64,000 nucleotides of DNA from a bacterium (GTDB lineage Bacteria > Zhuqueibacterota > Zhuqueibacteria > Residuimicrobiales > Krinioviventaceae). The notes under the pieces were generated by a model. The model was not told the DNA's origin, searched no databases, and worked only from the letters and a program-made list of their open reading frames with translations. The stretch spans positions 128,001 through 192,000 of the forward strand of contig CAXXFV010000006.1 in assembly GCA_963674595.2 (NCBI GenBank). Direction: 5' to 3'. This document shows positions 39,703-50,020 of this stretch, one piece after another. How positions within the stretch are numbered: position 1 is the first letter of the stretch; every line of letters starts with the position of its first letter. Position numbers and translations under genes: made by a program.

Positions 39703-41862
39703 ATGAAAGAAGACCAAACACAACAAGCATATCACAAGATTTTCGAAGGACTCTTGCAGCGTATTAAAAGGTATCATCAGGCTGTTGATACCCAGGTATT
39801 ACGTCATGCATTTGAATTCAGCTATAAAGCGCATAGTAATCAGTTGCGAAAATCCGGTGAGCCCTATTTTGAACATCCTATGGAGGTTGCAAAAATACTT
39901 ACCGGATTAAAGATGGACTATGAGACCATAGCGGCCGGAATGTTGCATGATGTTGCTGAAGATACGGATATTTCTATTGAACTCGTGGAAAAAGAGTTTG
40001 GAAGTAATATTGCGCAGTTGGTTGATGGTGTTACAAAAATATCGGAATTAAAACTTTTAGGCCTGGAAACACAACAATCTGAGAATTTTAGAAAAATGCT
40101 GCTTTCTATGGTTCGGGATATTCGGGTCATATTGATAAAGTTTGCAGACAGACTGCATAATATGCGAACCTTGCAGCATCTTCCGGAAAAGAAACGCCAG
40201 CGCATTGCACTGGAAACCCGTGAGGTTTATGCGCCTTTAGCTAACAGACTTGGTTTGGCAAAAATTAAATGGGAACTGGAAGACCTTGCACTAAAATATT
40301 TGGACCCTGATATTTATAATGATCTTGTCCGAAGAGTTCAGGATACACGTGAAGAGCGTGAAAACAGTCTGCGCCGTGTTACTCGTCCTGTTCGAAAGTC
40401 GTTAGCGGAATCAAAAATTAAAGCGAGGTTTGAAGGACGGGCCAAACATTTTTACAGTATTTATAATAAAATAACCAAACGTGGCGTTCCGTTTGATGAA
40501 ATTTTTGATCTTTTAGCCATACGAATAATCGTTGAACAAATTGAAGACTGTTACCATGCACTGGGTATTGTGCATTCTCTGTTTAATCCAATTCATGAAC
40601 GATTTAAAGATTATATTGCCACGCCAAAATCAAACGGCTATCAATCGCTTCATACCACGGTAATTGGTCCGGATGGCCGTAAGGTTGAAATTCAAATTCG
40701 AACCGAGCAAATGCACCGCACCGCAGAAGACGGAATTGCAGCCCATTGGCGTTATAAAGAAGGCAGACTTCGGGAAGATGATCTTGACCGACATTTGGTT
40801 TGGTTAAGACAGGTACTGGACTGGAGTGATGCAGACATTGATGATGGTGCTTTTATGGAGCACCTGAAAATTAATTTATTTCAGGATGAAGTATTTGTTT
40901 TTACTCCAAAAGGTGACTTGCATCGGCTGCCTGTACGTTCTACTCCGGTAGATTTTGCTTTTGCTGTACACACGGATGTTGGTGTTCATTGTCTGGCTGC
41001 CAAAGTAAACGGCAGAATTGTGCCGCTAAGCTATGAACTTAAAAGCGGTGACACAATACAAATTTTAACCTCTGCGAATCAAAGTCCAAATGAAGATTGG
41101 TTAAAATTTGTTGCAACAAGTAAAGCTAAAGGCAGGATTAAAAAATGGATAAAAGATTCGGAACTTGACGCCAGTATGCAGTTAGGTGAAGAACTGTTAT
41201 CCCGCGCCCTGAATAAATATAAAATCAAGATTAAAGATGTTGATCTTGATTCTATTGCACATAAAATGAAAATTAAGGATAAAATACAGCTTTTGGCTGG
41301 TTTGGGACGTGGAGATGTCAAGCTGGATACAATTGTCCGAAAAATAATTCCTGATGACCAAACCAAGGATACGGATCAGTCCTTGTTTTCCCGGTTTATT
41401 GAAAAAGCCCGTAAATCAAGTCATGGCATTCGTGTAGCCGGGCTTGATAATATTATGATTAATTTTGGAAAATGCTGCAACCCTGTGCCGGGTGAACCAA
41501 TCACAGGTATTGTCACCCGTGGCCGCGGGATTGTTGTCCACGCAAACAGTTGTAAAAATTTATTACGGCTCATGCAGGAGCAGGATAGAATTGTTGATGT
41601 TTCATGGGACGTTGAAAAGAGTAATCGTTTTTTAACGGCAATTTTTATTCTCGGTGAACGTAGAAATAAATTTTTGGCTGAAATAACAGATGCACTCGCC
41701 TCAGCGGATTGTAATATTATAAGTGTTAATCTTAATTCTGAAGATTCTTTAATGAATTGTATGTTAAGTATTGAAGTTCATGATCTGGACCATTTAAAAA
41801 AAGCAATGAATAAAGTTAAAAATATTCCAGGCGTTATTTCTGTTGAACGTATAACAGAATAA
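39703..41862 (+). CDS. rel: Bifunctional (p)ppGpp synthetase/hydrolase (long RSH)
   Basis: RKSGEPY, HDVAED, ADRLHNMRTL, NGYQSLHT, EIQIRT; TGS and ACT domains. Confidence 0.95.
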   Translation: MKEDQTQQAYHKIFEGLLQRIKRYHQAVDTQVLRHAFEFSYKAHSNQLRKSGEPYFEHPMEVAKILTGLKMDYETIAAGMLHDVAEDTDISIELVEKEFGSNIAQLVDGVTKISELKLLGLETQQSENFRKMLLSMVRDIRVILIKFADRLHNMRTLQHLPEKKRQRIALETREVYAPLANRLGLAKIKWELEDLALKYLDPDIYNDLVRRVQDTREERENSLRRVTRPVRKSLAESKIKARFEGRAKHFYSIYNKITKRGVPFDEIFDLLAIRIIVEQIEDCYHALGIVHSLFNPIHERFKDYIATPKSNGYQSLHTTVIGPDGRKVEIQIRTEQMHRTAEDGIAAHWRYKEGRLREDDLDRHLVWLRQVLDWSDADIDDGAFMEHLKINLFQDEVFVFTPKGDLHRLPVRSTPVDFAFAVHTDVGVHCLAAKVNGRIVPLSYELKSGDTIQILTSANQSPNEDWLKFVATSKAKGRIKKWIKDSELDASMQLGEELLSRALNKYKIKIKDVDLDSIAHKMKIKDKIQLLAGLGRGDVKLDTIVRKIIPDDQTKDTDQSLFSRFIEKARKSSHGIRVAGLDNIMINFGKCCNPVPGEPITGIVTRGRGIVVHANSCKNLLRLMQEQDRIVDVSWDVEKSNRFLTAIFILGERRNKFLAEITDALASADCNIISVNLNSEDSLMNCMLSIEVHDLDHLKKAMNKVKNIPGVISVERITE

Positions 41863-41988
41863 AATATTATTGACTAGAATATTTTTTTATTTTATTTTTC
41901 TTTTGATAGTTGTATATTTCAAAAAAACAAAACCATCGGATATGTAAAAATAGAAAATAATTTATAACCTAATCAGAGGAGTCTGTTT

Positions 41989-42321
41989 ATGGCTACAGAA
42001 GAAAAAACAAGTACAATAACTAAAAAAGACGTTTCCAAGCGAACTGCTAAAATCGTTGGCGAAAAAATATATCTAACAGAAAAAGTTGTCGATGGTGTTT
42101 TCCAAGCTCTTCGTGAATTTATGTCTGAGGCAGATCCTGAAGTTCGAATTGAAATTCGTGATTTTGGTGTTTTTGAAGTCAAAAAAACAAAACCAAAACC
42201 AAAAGCAAGAAATCCTAAAACCGGTGAAATCATTTATGTTCCGGCACGACGCAAAACTCATTTTAAAGCAGGAAAACTGTTAAAAGAAGTTTTGAAACAG
42301 CCGCTTTCTGAATTAGAATAA
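41989..42321 (+). CDS. HU/IHF family DNA-binding protein (IHF-beta-like)
   Basis: TKKDV, IEIRDFGVF, ARNPKTGE, FKAGK. Confidence 0.92.
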   Translation: MATEEKTSTITKKDVSKRTAKIVGEKIYLTEKVVDGVFQALREFMSEADPEVRIEIRDFGVFEVKKTKPKPKARNPKTGEIIYVPARRKTHFKAGKLLKEVLKQPLSELE

Positions 42322-42332
42322 TTTTTTGAAAA

Positions 42333-42824
42333 GTGATGGAATTGGATATTTCAACACAAGTAGAGTTACATAGCGTTCCTTGTGGACGGTTGTTAGGAAT
42401 TGATTATGGTCAGCGTCGTATTGGATTAGCTTTAAGTGACCCGTCACAATTTTTATCTTCAACGTATAAAACAATTGAGAATAAGAAATCCAAAACTGCA
42501 TTGAAAGAAATTTCAGACATTGCTGTATCTCAAAATATATCTGCGATAGTTATTGGTTTACCATTACATATGAATGGCTCCGTTGGAGAGCGTGCACAAC
42601 AAGTTATACAATTTCAGGTTGATTTGGCTAAGCAGATAGATGTTCCGTATTTTTTTTGGGATGAACGATGGAGTACAGCCAGTGCTGAAAAATCAATGTT
42701 GGAAACCGGAAAGTCTCCCTCTCGAAACCGGGATAAAATTGATCAGGTCGCAGCAGCTTTTATTCTGCAGAGCTTTCTCGATAGAATTAATTATATGCGC
42801 CGTAATCAAGAGACACAAAAATAA
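42333..42824 (+). CDS. ruvX: YqgF/RuvX pre-16S rRNA nuclease
   Basis: LGIDYGQRRIGLALSD, VIGLP, DERWST, DQVAAAFILQ; exact start uncertain. Confidence 0.93.
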   Translation: MMELDISTQVELHSVPCGRLLGIDYGQRRIGLALSDPSQFLSSTYKTIENKKSKTALKEISDIAVSQNISAIVIGLPLHMNGSVGERAQQVIQFQVDLAKQIDVPYFFWDERWSTASAEKSMLETGKSPSRNRDKIDQVAAAFILQSFLDRINYMRRNQETQK

Positions 42825-42888
42825 GAATTTATGGCTTTAAATGCCAAGAGGAAAAACCTAAACTAAAATACAGAAATTTAAATAATAC

Positions 42889-44424
42889 ATGCGACGAAAT
42901 TTAGCGCTTGGATTAATAACCGGGATCTTGTTAGCCCTGTCATTTCCACCATTAAAAAGTGGTTTTTTAGCTTATGGGGCTTTGATCCCTTTCTTTTTTA
43001 TTCTCGAAAAAGAAAAAGGATTTCAAGCCTTTCGTTATGGCTATTTCACTGGACTGTTCATTGACATTGCTACACTTTATTGGATCGGATGGGTAACCAT
43101 TCCAGGGTGTATTGGCGCCCTTCTTGTATTGCCATTATTTATTGGTTTATATGCATGGTTACATACAATGCTCATTCACTCCAAAAAAATGTATTCCTAT
43201 TTTGCCCTGCCGTTTTTATGGACAGCAATAGAGTACTTGCAGTCATTTGGTGAAACAGCTTTTCCCTGGAATTATATTGGTTATACACAATCCTATTATT
43301 TGCCGTTGATTCAAAACGTCGAATATTTATCTGTTTATGGAACAAGTTTTTGGATTGTTTTGCTGAATATTTTATTGTTTTTATTATGGAAACACAGACA
43401 TAATAGAAAAAATGTTCTCGTTTTTGCTTTTGTTTTTTTAGCCGCTTTTATTATTCCGCTAGTGCATGGATTTTATGCATTAAAAAAACAACCTTCACAT
43501 AACACAATGTTAACGATTGCGCTGATTCAGGGAAATATAGATCCTTTTGAAAAGTGGGATAAAAATCTGAATAAACGAAATCTTGAGGCTTATGAAAAAT
43601 TAAGTCACACTGTTCTTGAGGATCACCCGGACTTGATTATTTGGCCTGAAACAGCAATGCCCTTTGCTTTACGATATGAACCTGCTTTTTTAAATCAAAT
43701 AAGAAATTTTGTAGATTCTACAAATACACCAATCATGACGGGCACAATTGATTACGAGTTTTTTAAAGACGGCAGTTATAAATACTTTAATGCCGCTATG
43801 ATAATTCGTCCTCATGATTTCGCTATCGATAATTATAGAAAAATGAAGCTGGTACCCTTTTCAGAAAGAGTGCCTTATAGAAATTATTTTCCGTTTAATT
43901 TCCTCAAGAATTTTTTATATGACCTTGAATTAGGTGTTGGTGATTATTCTTTAGGACAGGAATCTAATGTTTTTCTATTTGAAAATAAAAGTGCGACTAC
44001 AGATTCAATAGTTGGTTTTTCAGTACCGATATGTTATGAATCTGTATTTCCTTCAAGTGTTAGAAATTTTGTTAAAAACGGTGCCCGGTTTTTAACTATT
44101 ATTACAAATGATGCATGGTTTGGTAAAACATCAGCGCCATTTCAACATGCCCAAATTGCTGTTTTCCGTGCTATTGAAAACCGTACCTCTATTGCCAGGT
44201 GTGCCAATACAGGGATAAGCTGTTTTATTGATTCATTTGGACGTGTAACAAAATCAACACCGATATTTACTGAAACTGTTGTTACAGGTTCTTTAACTAC
44301 AAATACATATAAAACATTCTATACAAAATATGGAAATGTTTTTGCGCAAATTGTTACTCTAGTCACTTTGCTGTTTATTTTATTTAATGTTGCAGGCATT
44401 TTTCTTTTTAAGAGAAAAATTTGA
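42889..44424 (+). CDS. lnt: Apolipoprotein N-acyltransferase
   Basis: Multi-TM N-terminus, FPW, IQGNI, WPETA, KLVPFSE, ICYE, TNDAWF, RAIEN, ANTGIS. Confidence 0.96.
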   Translation: MRRNLALGLITGILLALSFPPLKSGFLAYGALIPFFFILEKEKGFQAFRYGYFTGLFIDIATLYWIGWVTIPGCIGALLVLPLFIGLYAWLHTMLIHSKKMYSYFALPFLWTAIEYLQSFGETAFPWNYIGYTQSYYLPLIQNVEYLSVYGTSFWIVLLNILLFLLWKHRHNRKNVLVFAFVFLAAFIIPLVHGFYALKKQPSHNTMLTIALIQGNIDPFEKWDKNLNKRNLEAYEKLSHTVLEDHPDLIIWPETAMPFALRYEPAFLNQIRNFVDSTNTPIMTGTIDYEFFKDGSYKYFNAAMIIRPHDFAIDNYRKMKLVPFSERVPYRNYFPFNFLKNFLYDLELGVGDYSLGQESNVFLFENKSATTDSIVGFSVPICYESVFPSSVRNFVKNGARFLTIITNDAWFGKTSAPFQHAQIAVFRAIENRTSIARCANTGISCFIDSFGRVTKSTPIFTETVVTGSLTTNTYKTFYTKYGNVFAQIVTLVTLLFILFNVAGIFLFKRKI

Positions 44425-45461
44425 ATATTACAGGTCCTTTGAAAATTTTTTGCAAGCAGACGTACATGATAGCTGTTTTGGTTATTATGTTTATTATTAC
44501 ATTTGGTAATAATGCTTTTCCCGACGAACGTTATTCAGCAAACAGTCCTGCTGGAATTCGGGCCCTGGGAATGGGTGGGGCTTGTACTGCGGTCTATGAT
44601 GATTTGGCTGCTTCGATTCACAATCCCGCATTTTTGGGATTAAATAACAGAGATTACAATGGATTTTCATTTTTTGTAAATCCGTTGGGCATTGCCGCTG
44701 TAATTACTGATTCTGATGATTTAAAACATAATTCTATTGATATAATAGATGCCGTTCATCTTTTTGGATCAGCAGTAAAAGGAATTTCTTTTTCGCAGCA
44801 GTTTATAACATCAACATTGATTTTGTCCGAATCGTTAACTGATTTTTCCGAACCATCAGGCAAATTTTTTTCATCTGATAAGCTTTTGGACTGGAATTTT
44901 GATGTTTTTTCAACACAGTTTAAATTTGCCGAACAGTTTTCTATCGGTGCTTCCGGTTTTTTATTTACAACTTGTTTTGATAAAACGGAGCGAAAAGGCG
45001 GTTTAGGCTATGGAATAAGGCTTGCTCCTAATCCAAATTTTATCATCGGAGTATCTTATTTTGATATTCCGAATGAAATAGTGCCGTTTTTTATTACAGA
45101 TTTTCGCATTCTTGATGAAACAATAAATGTTGGAATTACCTATTTATATAAAAAGAATATTTTAGTATCTTTAGATATTAAAAACGTAACCGAAGAAAAT
45201 GAAGTGCTGACCAAAGAGATGCACGTAGGAACTGAATTTTATTTTTCAAAATATTTTACAGCACGATCCGGATATTATTATGATCAATATAGAAAACAAA
45301 ATGTGTTTTCATGTGGATTTGGTCTTTTTTCAAACTCTATGTATGAAAAAGAGTTTTTTAACCTTTTTTCAATTAATTTAAATTATGGTTTAGAAATTAA
45401 AAAAAGTGAATATAGAATAAACCAATATCACCATTTATTGTCATTATTAATAAAAATTTAG
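44421..45461 (+). CDS. Putative outer membrane beta-barrel (divergent PorV/FadL-like)
   Basis: Signal peptide, GIRALGMGGA...NPAFL motif, amphipathic strands; true start may be ATG 44466. Confidence 0.55.
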   Translation: MNITGPLKIFCKQTYMIAVLVIMFIITFGNNAFPDERYSANSPAGIRALGMGGACTAVYDDLAASIHNPAFLGLNNRDYNGFSFFVNPLGIAAVITDSDDLKHNSIDIIDAVHLFGSAVKGISFSQQFITSTLILSESLTDFSEPSGKFFSSDKLLDWNFDVFSTQFKFAEQFSIGASGFLFTTCFDKTERKGGLGYGIRLAPNPNFIIGVSYFDIPNEIVPFFITDFRILDETINVGITYLYKKNILVSLDIKNVTEENEVLTKEMHVGTEFYFSKYFTARSGYYYDQYRKQNVFSCGFGLFSNSMYEKEFFNLFSINLNYGLEIKKSEYRINQYHHLLSLLIKI

Positions 45462-45495
45462 GAACCTTGGTCATTATAATAGGTTAAACTCAAAC

Positions 45496-46125
45496 GTGGT
45501 TAATGCTTTAAGAAAAATTTTTATTTGCTTTTTTCTAACCTGTTTTATTTCATTGACATTTGCAGATGTTCCTGAAACCAGTACCAACTGGCAAATTTTA
45601 AATAAACTTTGTTATGAACTTTATGTGGATGTTTTTTCTGCCATTTCAATCAACGATTCGACTGCTTATATTATTCAAATAATGAATAGTAATGATGATG
45701 TTAAAAAAATACTCGAGATTCAGTTAGCACGGTATCAGAAAGATAAATCAATTAGCAATTTTTTTATCGGCCAACCATCCGGTTTTAGTAGTTATAACAT
45801 CATTCAAATTGTTCCTGAAGCAATTCCAGTCAAATATTCCAAAGTGAAGAACGATAATAAAGACAGTATTAAAAGAACCATTGATATTAAAGCTTATGCT
45901 AAAGTTACAGATCAGCAAAGCCGTTTGTTTTACGCACAAACATTTGAGAAAAACTATCATGATTTTTTAAATAATGATAATTTTAAAGATATAGAGGATG
46001 AGCAATACCCTGTTACTATTGGTAAGGGAAACAAAAATATTTTTTTAAAATCGTTTGAACCCGTGTTTATCTCTGTAATCACAGCAAGTATAATTTATTT
46101 CTTTTATTCATTTCGTAGTAAATAA
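45496..46125 (+). CDS. Hypothetical exported protein with a C-terminal TM anchor
   Basis: Signal peptide; C-terminal EPVFISVITASIIYFFYSFRSK. Confidence 0.6.
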   Translation: MVNALRKIFICFFLTCFISLTFADVPETSTNWQILNKLCYELYVDVFSAISINDSTAYIIQIMNSNDDVKKILEIQLARYQKDKSISNFFIGQPSGFSSYNIIQIVPEAIPVKYSKVKNDNKDSIKRTIDIKAYAKVTDQQSRLFYAQTFEKNYHDFLNNDNFKDIEDEQYPVTIGKGNKNIFLKSFEPVFISVITASIIYFFYSFRSK

Positions 46126-46137
46126 ACAGGAAGATTT

Positions 46138-46947
46138 ATGAAATTTCAACGCATCTTAATCGTTTCACTATTCGTAATTTCCACCTTTTTAGTAATGTCT
46201 TGTAGTTCAAAAAAAATCAAACCAAACATTCCTGCCGAAGAGCGTATGAAAATTGCCTTAAAGATGTTTAATGATAAAGATTATTATAATGCGCGTCAGC
46301 AATTCAAGATTATAACATTTAGTCACAGTGGCCTTGCCATGGCAGATAAGGCCCAGTTTTATCTGTCCGAATGTCATTTTTTTATGAAAGAATATATCCT
46401 GGCAGCCAGCGAATACGAACGTTTGACTAAAATTTTTCCAAATTCCGAATATGTCGATGACGCTAAATTCAAACTTGGCGTTTGTTATTATAAATTATCA
46501 CCAAAAGCATCTCTTGATCAGGAATATAATATTAAAGCGATATCTGTTTTTCAAGAGTTCCTTGAGGACTTTTATTCCAGTGACCTTGTGCCTCAAGTAG
46601 AAAAAATGCTTCTCGAATCTCAGACCAAATTGGCCAAAAAGTTATACAGTTCTGCGGAATTATATCGAAAAATGAGCGCTTACGAAGCAGCTATTTTGTA
46701 TTATAACAAAGTCCTTGAAAGATATTATGATACAATCTATGCCCCCAAGGCACAATATTGGATAGGCGAGTGTAATTTAAAAATTAAAAATTATTCTCAG
46801 GCCCTGGAAGCCTACCAGCTTTTTGTAAATAAATATCAGGATGAAAAGCTTGTTAAAAAGGCAAAAAATCGCATTGCCGATATTCAAAAGAAAATCGATA
46901 AAAATAAAGATAAAGAATCAGATAATACAACATCTGAAAATTCATAA
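46138..46947 (+). CDS. bamD: Outer membrane protein assembly factor BamD (TPR lipoprotein)
   Basis: Lipobox VMSC, TPR repeats, SLDQEY...AI..FQEF...S.L pattern. Confidence 0.88.
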   Translation: MKFQRILIVSLFVISTFLVMSCSSKKIKPNIPAEERMKIALKMFNDKDYYNARQQFKIITFSHSGLAMADKAQFYLSECHFFMKEYILAASEYERLTKIFPNSEYVDDAKFKLGVCYYKLSPKASLDQEYNIKAISVFQEFLEDFYSSDLVPQVEKMLLESQTKLAKKLYSSAELYRKMSAYEAAILYYNKVLERYYDTIYAPKAQYWIGECNLKIKNYSQALEAYQLFVNKYQDEKLVKKAKNRIADIQKKIDKNKDKESDNTTSENS

Positions 46948-46952
46948 AATTA

Positions 46953-47552
46953 TTGGATTGTACTTTGAAACTTGGATTATATGGTGGAACTTTTGATCCT
47001 ATTCACATAGCCCATTTGATCCTCGCCGATAAGGCGGTTGAATCTTTAGGCCTTGATAAATTAATTATAATGCCTTGTGCTAATCCACCTCACAAATCAT
47101 CCAAAAATATCAGCAATCCCAAACACCGATTGGAAATGGTAAAACGTGCCGTGGCAGGGCATGAAAAACTGCAAGTGTCTGATTGGGAAATTCAACAGGA
47201 CAATACTTCTTTTACCGTATATACATTGGAAATGCTTACAAAGCAGTACCAGTTAACTAGAGAAAATCTGTACCTTATTCTTGGCGGTGACAACTTGTTT
47301 GATATATCTTTATGGAAAAGTCCTGAGAAAATATATCAATTAGCCCAACTTGCTGTTGCTGCACGGCCTGGTGTTAAACAAGATGCGAATTTACCGGAAT
47401 TTATCAAGTCTTTTTTAAAAATTGAAATGCCGCTTATGGATATATCTTCCAAGGAAATTCGCAAAATGATATCACTTGGTAAAAGTGTCCGATACCTATT
47501 GCAACCCGATGTTTTGCAATATATTAAAACGCATAATCTATATAAAGATTAA
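46953..47552 (+). CDS. nadD: Nicotinate-nucleotide adenylyltransferase
   Basis: GGTFDPIHIAH, PPHK, ISSKEIR. Confidence 0.95.
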   Translation: MDCTLKLGLYGGTFDPIHIAHLILADKAVESLGLDKLIIMPCANPPHKSSKNISNPKHRLEMVKRAVAGHEKLQVSDWEIQQDNTSFTVYTLEMLTKQYQLTRENLYLILGGDNLFDISLWKSPEKIYQLAQLAVAARPGVKQDANLPEFIKSFLKIEMPLMDISSKEIRKMISLGKSVRYLLQPDVLQYIKTHNLYKD

Positions 47553-47630
47553 CATAAAAAACAGATTAACCGATCTTTTTTTAACTTTTTTTCTTACCGT
47601 ATTTTAAATATCACTAAAATTGTGTTACCT

Positions 47631-48773
47631 ATGAAAGTTGCTCAAATATGTTCCTCAACATCCTGGGGCGGAATGGAAATGCATGTCAATTTATTGGCTG
47701 AAAAACTTGCAAAACGAGGACATGAGTGCACTATTTTTGGGGCTCCTGAAAGTGCTCTTTTTAAGGATGCCCAAAATCGGTCATTAAATTTTAAATATTT
47801 CAAACCCAACGGATATTTTGATCCGATCAGCATATATAAATATTCACAAATTTTAAAAAATTCTGTTGATCTGGTGCATGTACATTATTCAAAAGATTTA
47901 TGGACCATTGTACCGGTTTTAATGCCCTTGCATAATGTACCGCTTGTCTTTATTAAACATGTTGGAACCGGCAAAGCTAAAAAAGATATTTTCCATCGAT
48001 TTTTATATCATCGTGTTGATCATACTATTGCGATTTCTCAGGTGATTAAAAATAATTTGATTGCAACTCATCCGATAAGCCCGGAAAAAATTTCCATCGT
48101 GCATCACGGAATTGACATGGAAGAATACCGATACGATGTAAATGCGCGTGAGCAAATTCGTCGCGAGCTGCAAATTGCAAATGATGAAATAGTTATCGGC
48201 ACGATTGGAAGATTACAGATTGGTAAAGGACACCTCGAGTTTTTAGAGATGGCAGGTCGTATTACAACTCTATTTAAAAATATCAAATTTTTAATTATTG
48301 GCGATCCCACCCATGGTGAAGAAGACAAAGCTCAACCCATTTATCAAAAGGCCAAAGATTTGAAACTGGAAGATAACGTGCTGTTTCTTGGATTTCGTAA
48401 AGACATTCCCCGTTATTTATCCGCCATGGATATTTTTGCTTTTCCGTCACATGCTGAAGCATTTGGATTGGTTGTTATTGAAGCGATGGCTGCCGTCAGG
48501 CCGGTTGTTTCGAGCAAGTGTGATGGAGTGCTTGATATTATTACAAATGAGCAGGATGGAATGTTGGTCGATCCTAAAAATGTGGATGAGTTGACAAACG
48601 CGGTTAGATTTTTGATAGAAAATCCTGATGAACGATTAAGGCTGGGTGAAAATGCTGTCAAGACCGTTTATAACAGATTTACGACCTCTAAAATGCTCGA
48701 TAAAATTGAAGAAATTTATAAAAATGTTATTAAAGCAAAAACTACAAAATTAAGTGGAGATCAAAATGGCTGA
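47631..48773 (+). CDS. Glycosyltransferase family 4 protein
   Basis: GGME, IGRLQIGKG, FLGFR, EAFGLVVIEAMA. Confidence 0.92.
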   Translation: MKVAQICSSTSWGGMEMHVNLLAEKLAKRGHECTIFGAPESALFKDAQNRSLNFKYFKPNGYFDPISIYKYSQILKNSVDLVHVHYSKDLWTIVPVLMPLHNVPLVFIKHVGTGKAKKDIFHRFLYHRVDHTIAISQVIKNNLIATHPISPEKISIVHHGIDMEEYRYDVNAREQIRRELQIANDEIVIGTIGRLQIGKGHLEFLEMAGRITTLFKNIKFLIIGDPTHGEEDKAQPIYQKAKDLKLEDNVLFLGFRKDIPRYLSAMDIFAFPSHAEAFGLVVIEAMAAVRPVVSSKCDGVLDIITNEQDGMLVDPKNVDELTNAVRFLIENPDERLRLGENAVKTVYNRFTTSKMLDKIEEIYKNVIKAKTTKLSGDQNG

Positions 48774-49470
48774 GGAACGAATTGTTCGTTTATTAAAACA
48801 TGTCCCCATGTTCTCGAAATTGAGTGATGATGATGTGGCGCAAATTGTTGACCAATGTGTCCGACGGGAATGTCATAAAGATCAGGTTCTTTTGGTTGAA
48901 GAAGAAGTTGGTCAAACTCTATTCATCATACTAAAGGGTACTGTAAAAATAACGCGAACCAGTGATGAAGGACGTGAGGTCATTTTAACGATGCTAAAAT
49001 CCGGTGATTTTTTTGGAGAATTATCTTTACTGGATGGCAAAGGACGTTCGGCCACTGTTATTGCCATGGAAGATTCGGAACTATTGGCATTACGTCGGGG
49101 TGAATTTTTGCTCATGATTGAAAAACATCCACAACTTTCTATTGAACTTTTAAAAGTTTTGGCTGATCGTATTCGTAGATGTGACACACAAATCGAAAAC
49201 CTGACCTTGCACGATGCTGTTGGACGCGTTGGTGCTACGCTAATTCATGTTGCCGAACAAACAGGATTTTCCCGTGGTTCCAGTAGAATTATCCCCAAAC
49301 TACCGGTGCAACAGGATCTGGCAAATATGGCCGGAACTGCCAGAGAAACAATTTCCCGTGTTATCAGTCTTTTTGAAACAAAAGGATTGCTCGAACGGGA
49401 GGGGCATAGAGTTGTGATTACTAATTTTGATGAATTTCGCGGCGGATATTGGAAAGAAGTTGAAGAGTAA
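48766..49470 (+). CDS. Crp/Fnr family transcriptional regulator (cNMP-binding, Crp-like)
   Basis: FFGELSLLDGKGRSAT cNMP pocket; GTARETISR recognition helix; no Fnr Cys cluster. Confidence 0.93.
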   Translation: MAEERIVRLLKHVPMFSKLSDDDVAQIVDQCVRRECHKDQVLLVEEEVGQTLFIILKGTVKITRTSDEGREVILTMLKSGDFFGELSLLDGKGRSATVIAMEDSELLALRRGEFLLMIEKHPQLSIELLKVLADRIRRCDTQIENLTLHDAVGRVGATLIHVAEQTGFSRGSSRIIPKLPVQQDLANMAGTARETISRVISLFETKGLLEREGHRVVITNFDEFRGGYWKEVEE

Positions 49471-49480
49471 ACCAGTCTTT

Positions 49481-50020
49481 ATGAAAAATATTGAAATAAA
49501 AGCACATTGCCCTAATTTTGATTCTGCCATTAAGGTTTTGAAAACTTTGGATGCTTTATTCCAATGGACCAAAACTCAAAAAGACAGCTATTTTTTATGT
49601 AATACCGGTAAATTAAAACTTCGTCAAGCCGGGGATGTTTGTGATGAATTGATATTCTATAAACGTCCGGATGAATTGATAAAAACGAGTGAATATTTTA
49701 TATATAAATTGAATAACAGTGACGAGTTGTGTCAAGTTTTAGGACCTGCCATTGGAACCGACCTGGTTGTCTTAAAAGAGCGCTCTCTTTATCTATGGGA
49801 AAATGTCCGCATTCATTTGGATGATGTTACAAACCTGGGTAAATTTATTGAATTTGAAGCTGTTGTTTCTGAACAGAATGATGAAAAAATTTCCCGAACG
49901 CGTGTAGAATTTTTAAAAAAGCAATTTAATATAAAAGATAATGAATTAATAACCATTGGATATTATGATATGTTAAATGGAAGAAAGGAGCTTCAGCAAG
50001 CCAATGCCAGATTCTCTTAA
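49481..50020 (+). CDS. CYTH-domain protein, class IV adenylate cyclase (CyaB)-like
   Basis: NIEIKA, QKDSYF, KLKLR, LIFYKRPD, KERSLY, RIHLDDV.NLGKFIEFE. Confidence 0.85.
   Translation: MKNIEIKAHCPNFDSAIKVLKTLDALFQWTKTQKDSYFLCNTGKLKLRQAGDVCDELIFYKRPDELIKTSEYFIYKLNNSDELCQVLGPAIGTDLVVLKERSLYLWENVRIHLDDVTNLGKFIEFEAVVSEQNDEKISRTRVEFLKKQFNIKDNELITIGYYDMLNGRKELQQANARFS

Noticed and set aside
42831-42866. 11-codon ORF MALNAKRKNLN between ruvX and lnt
   Set aside because: No RBS or recognisable motif; expected by chance.
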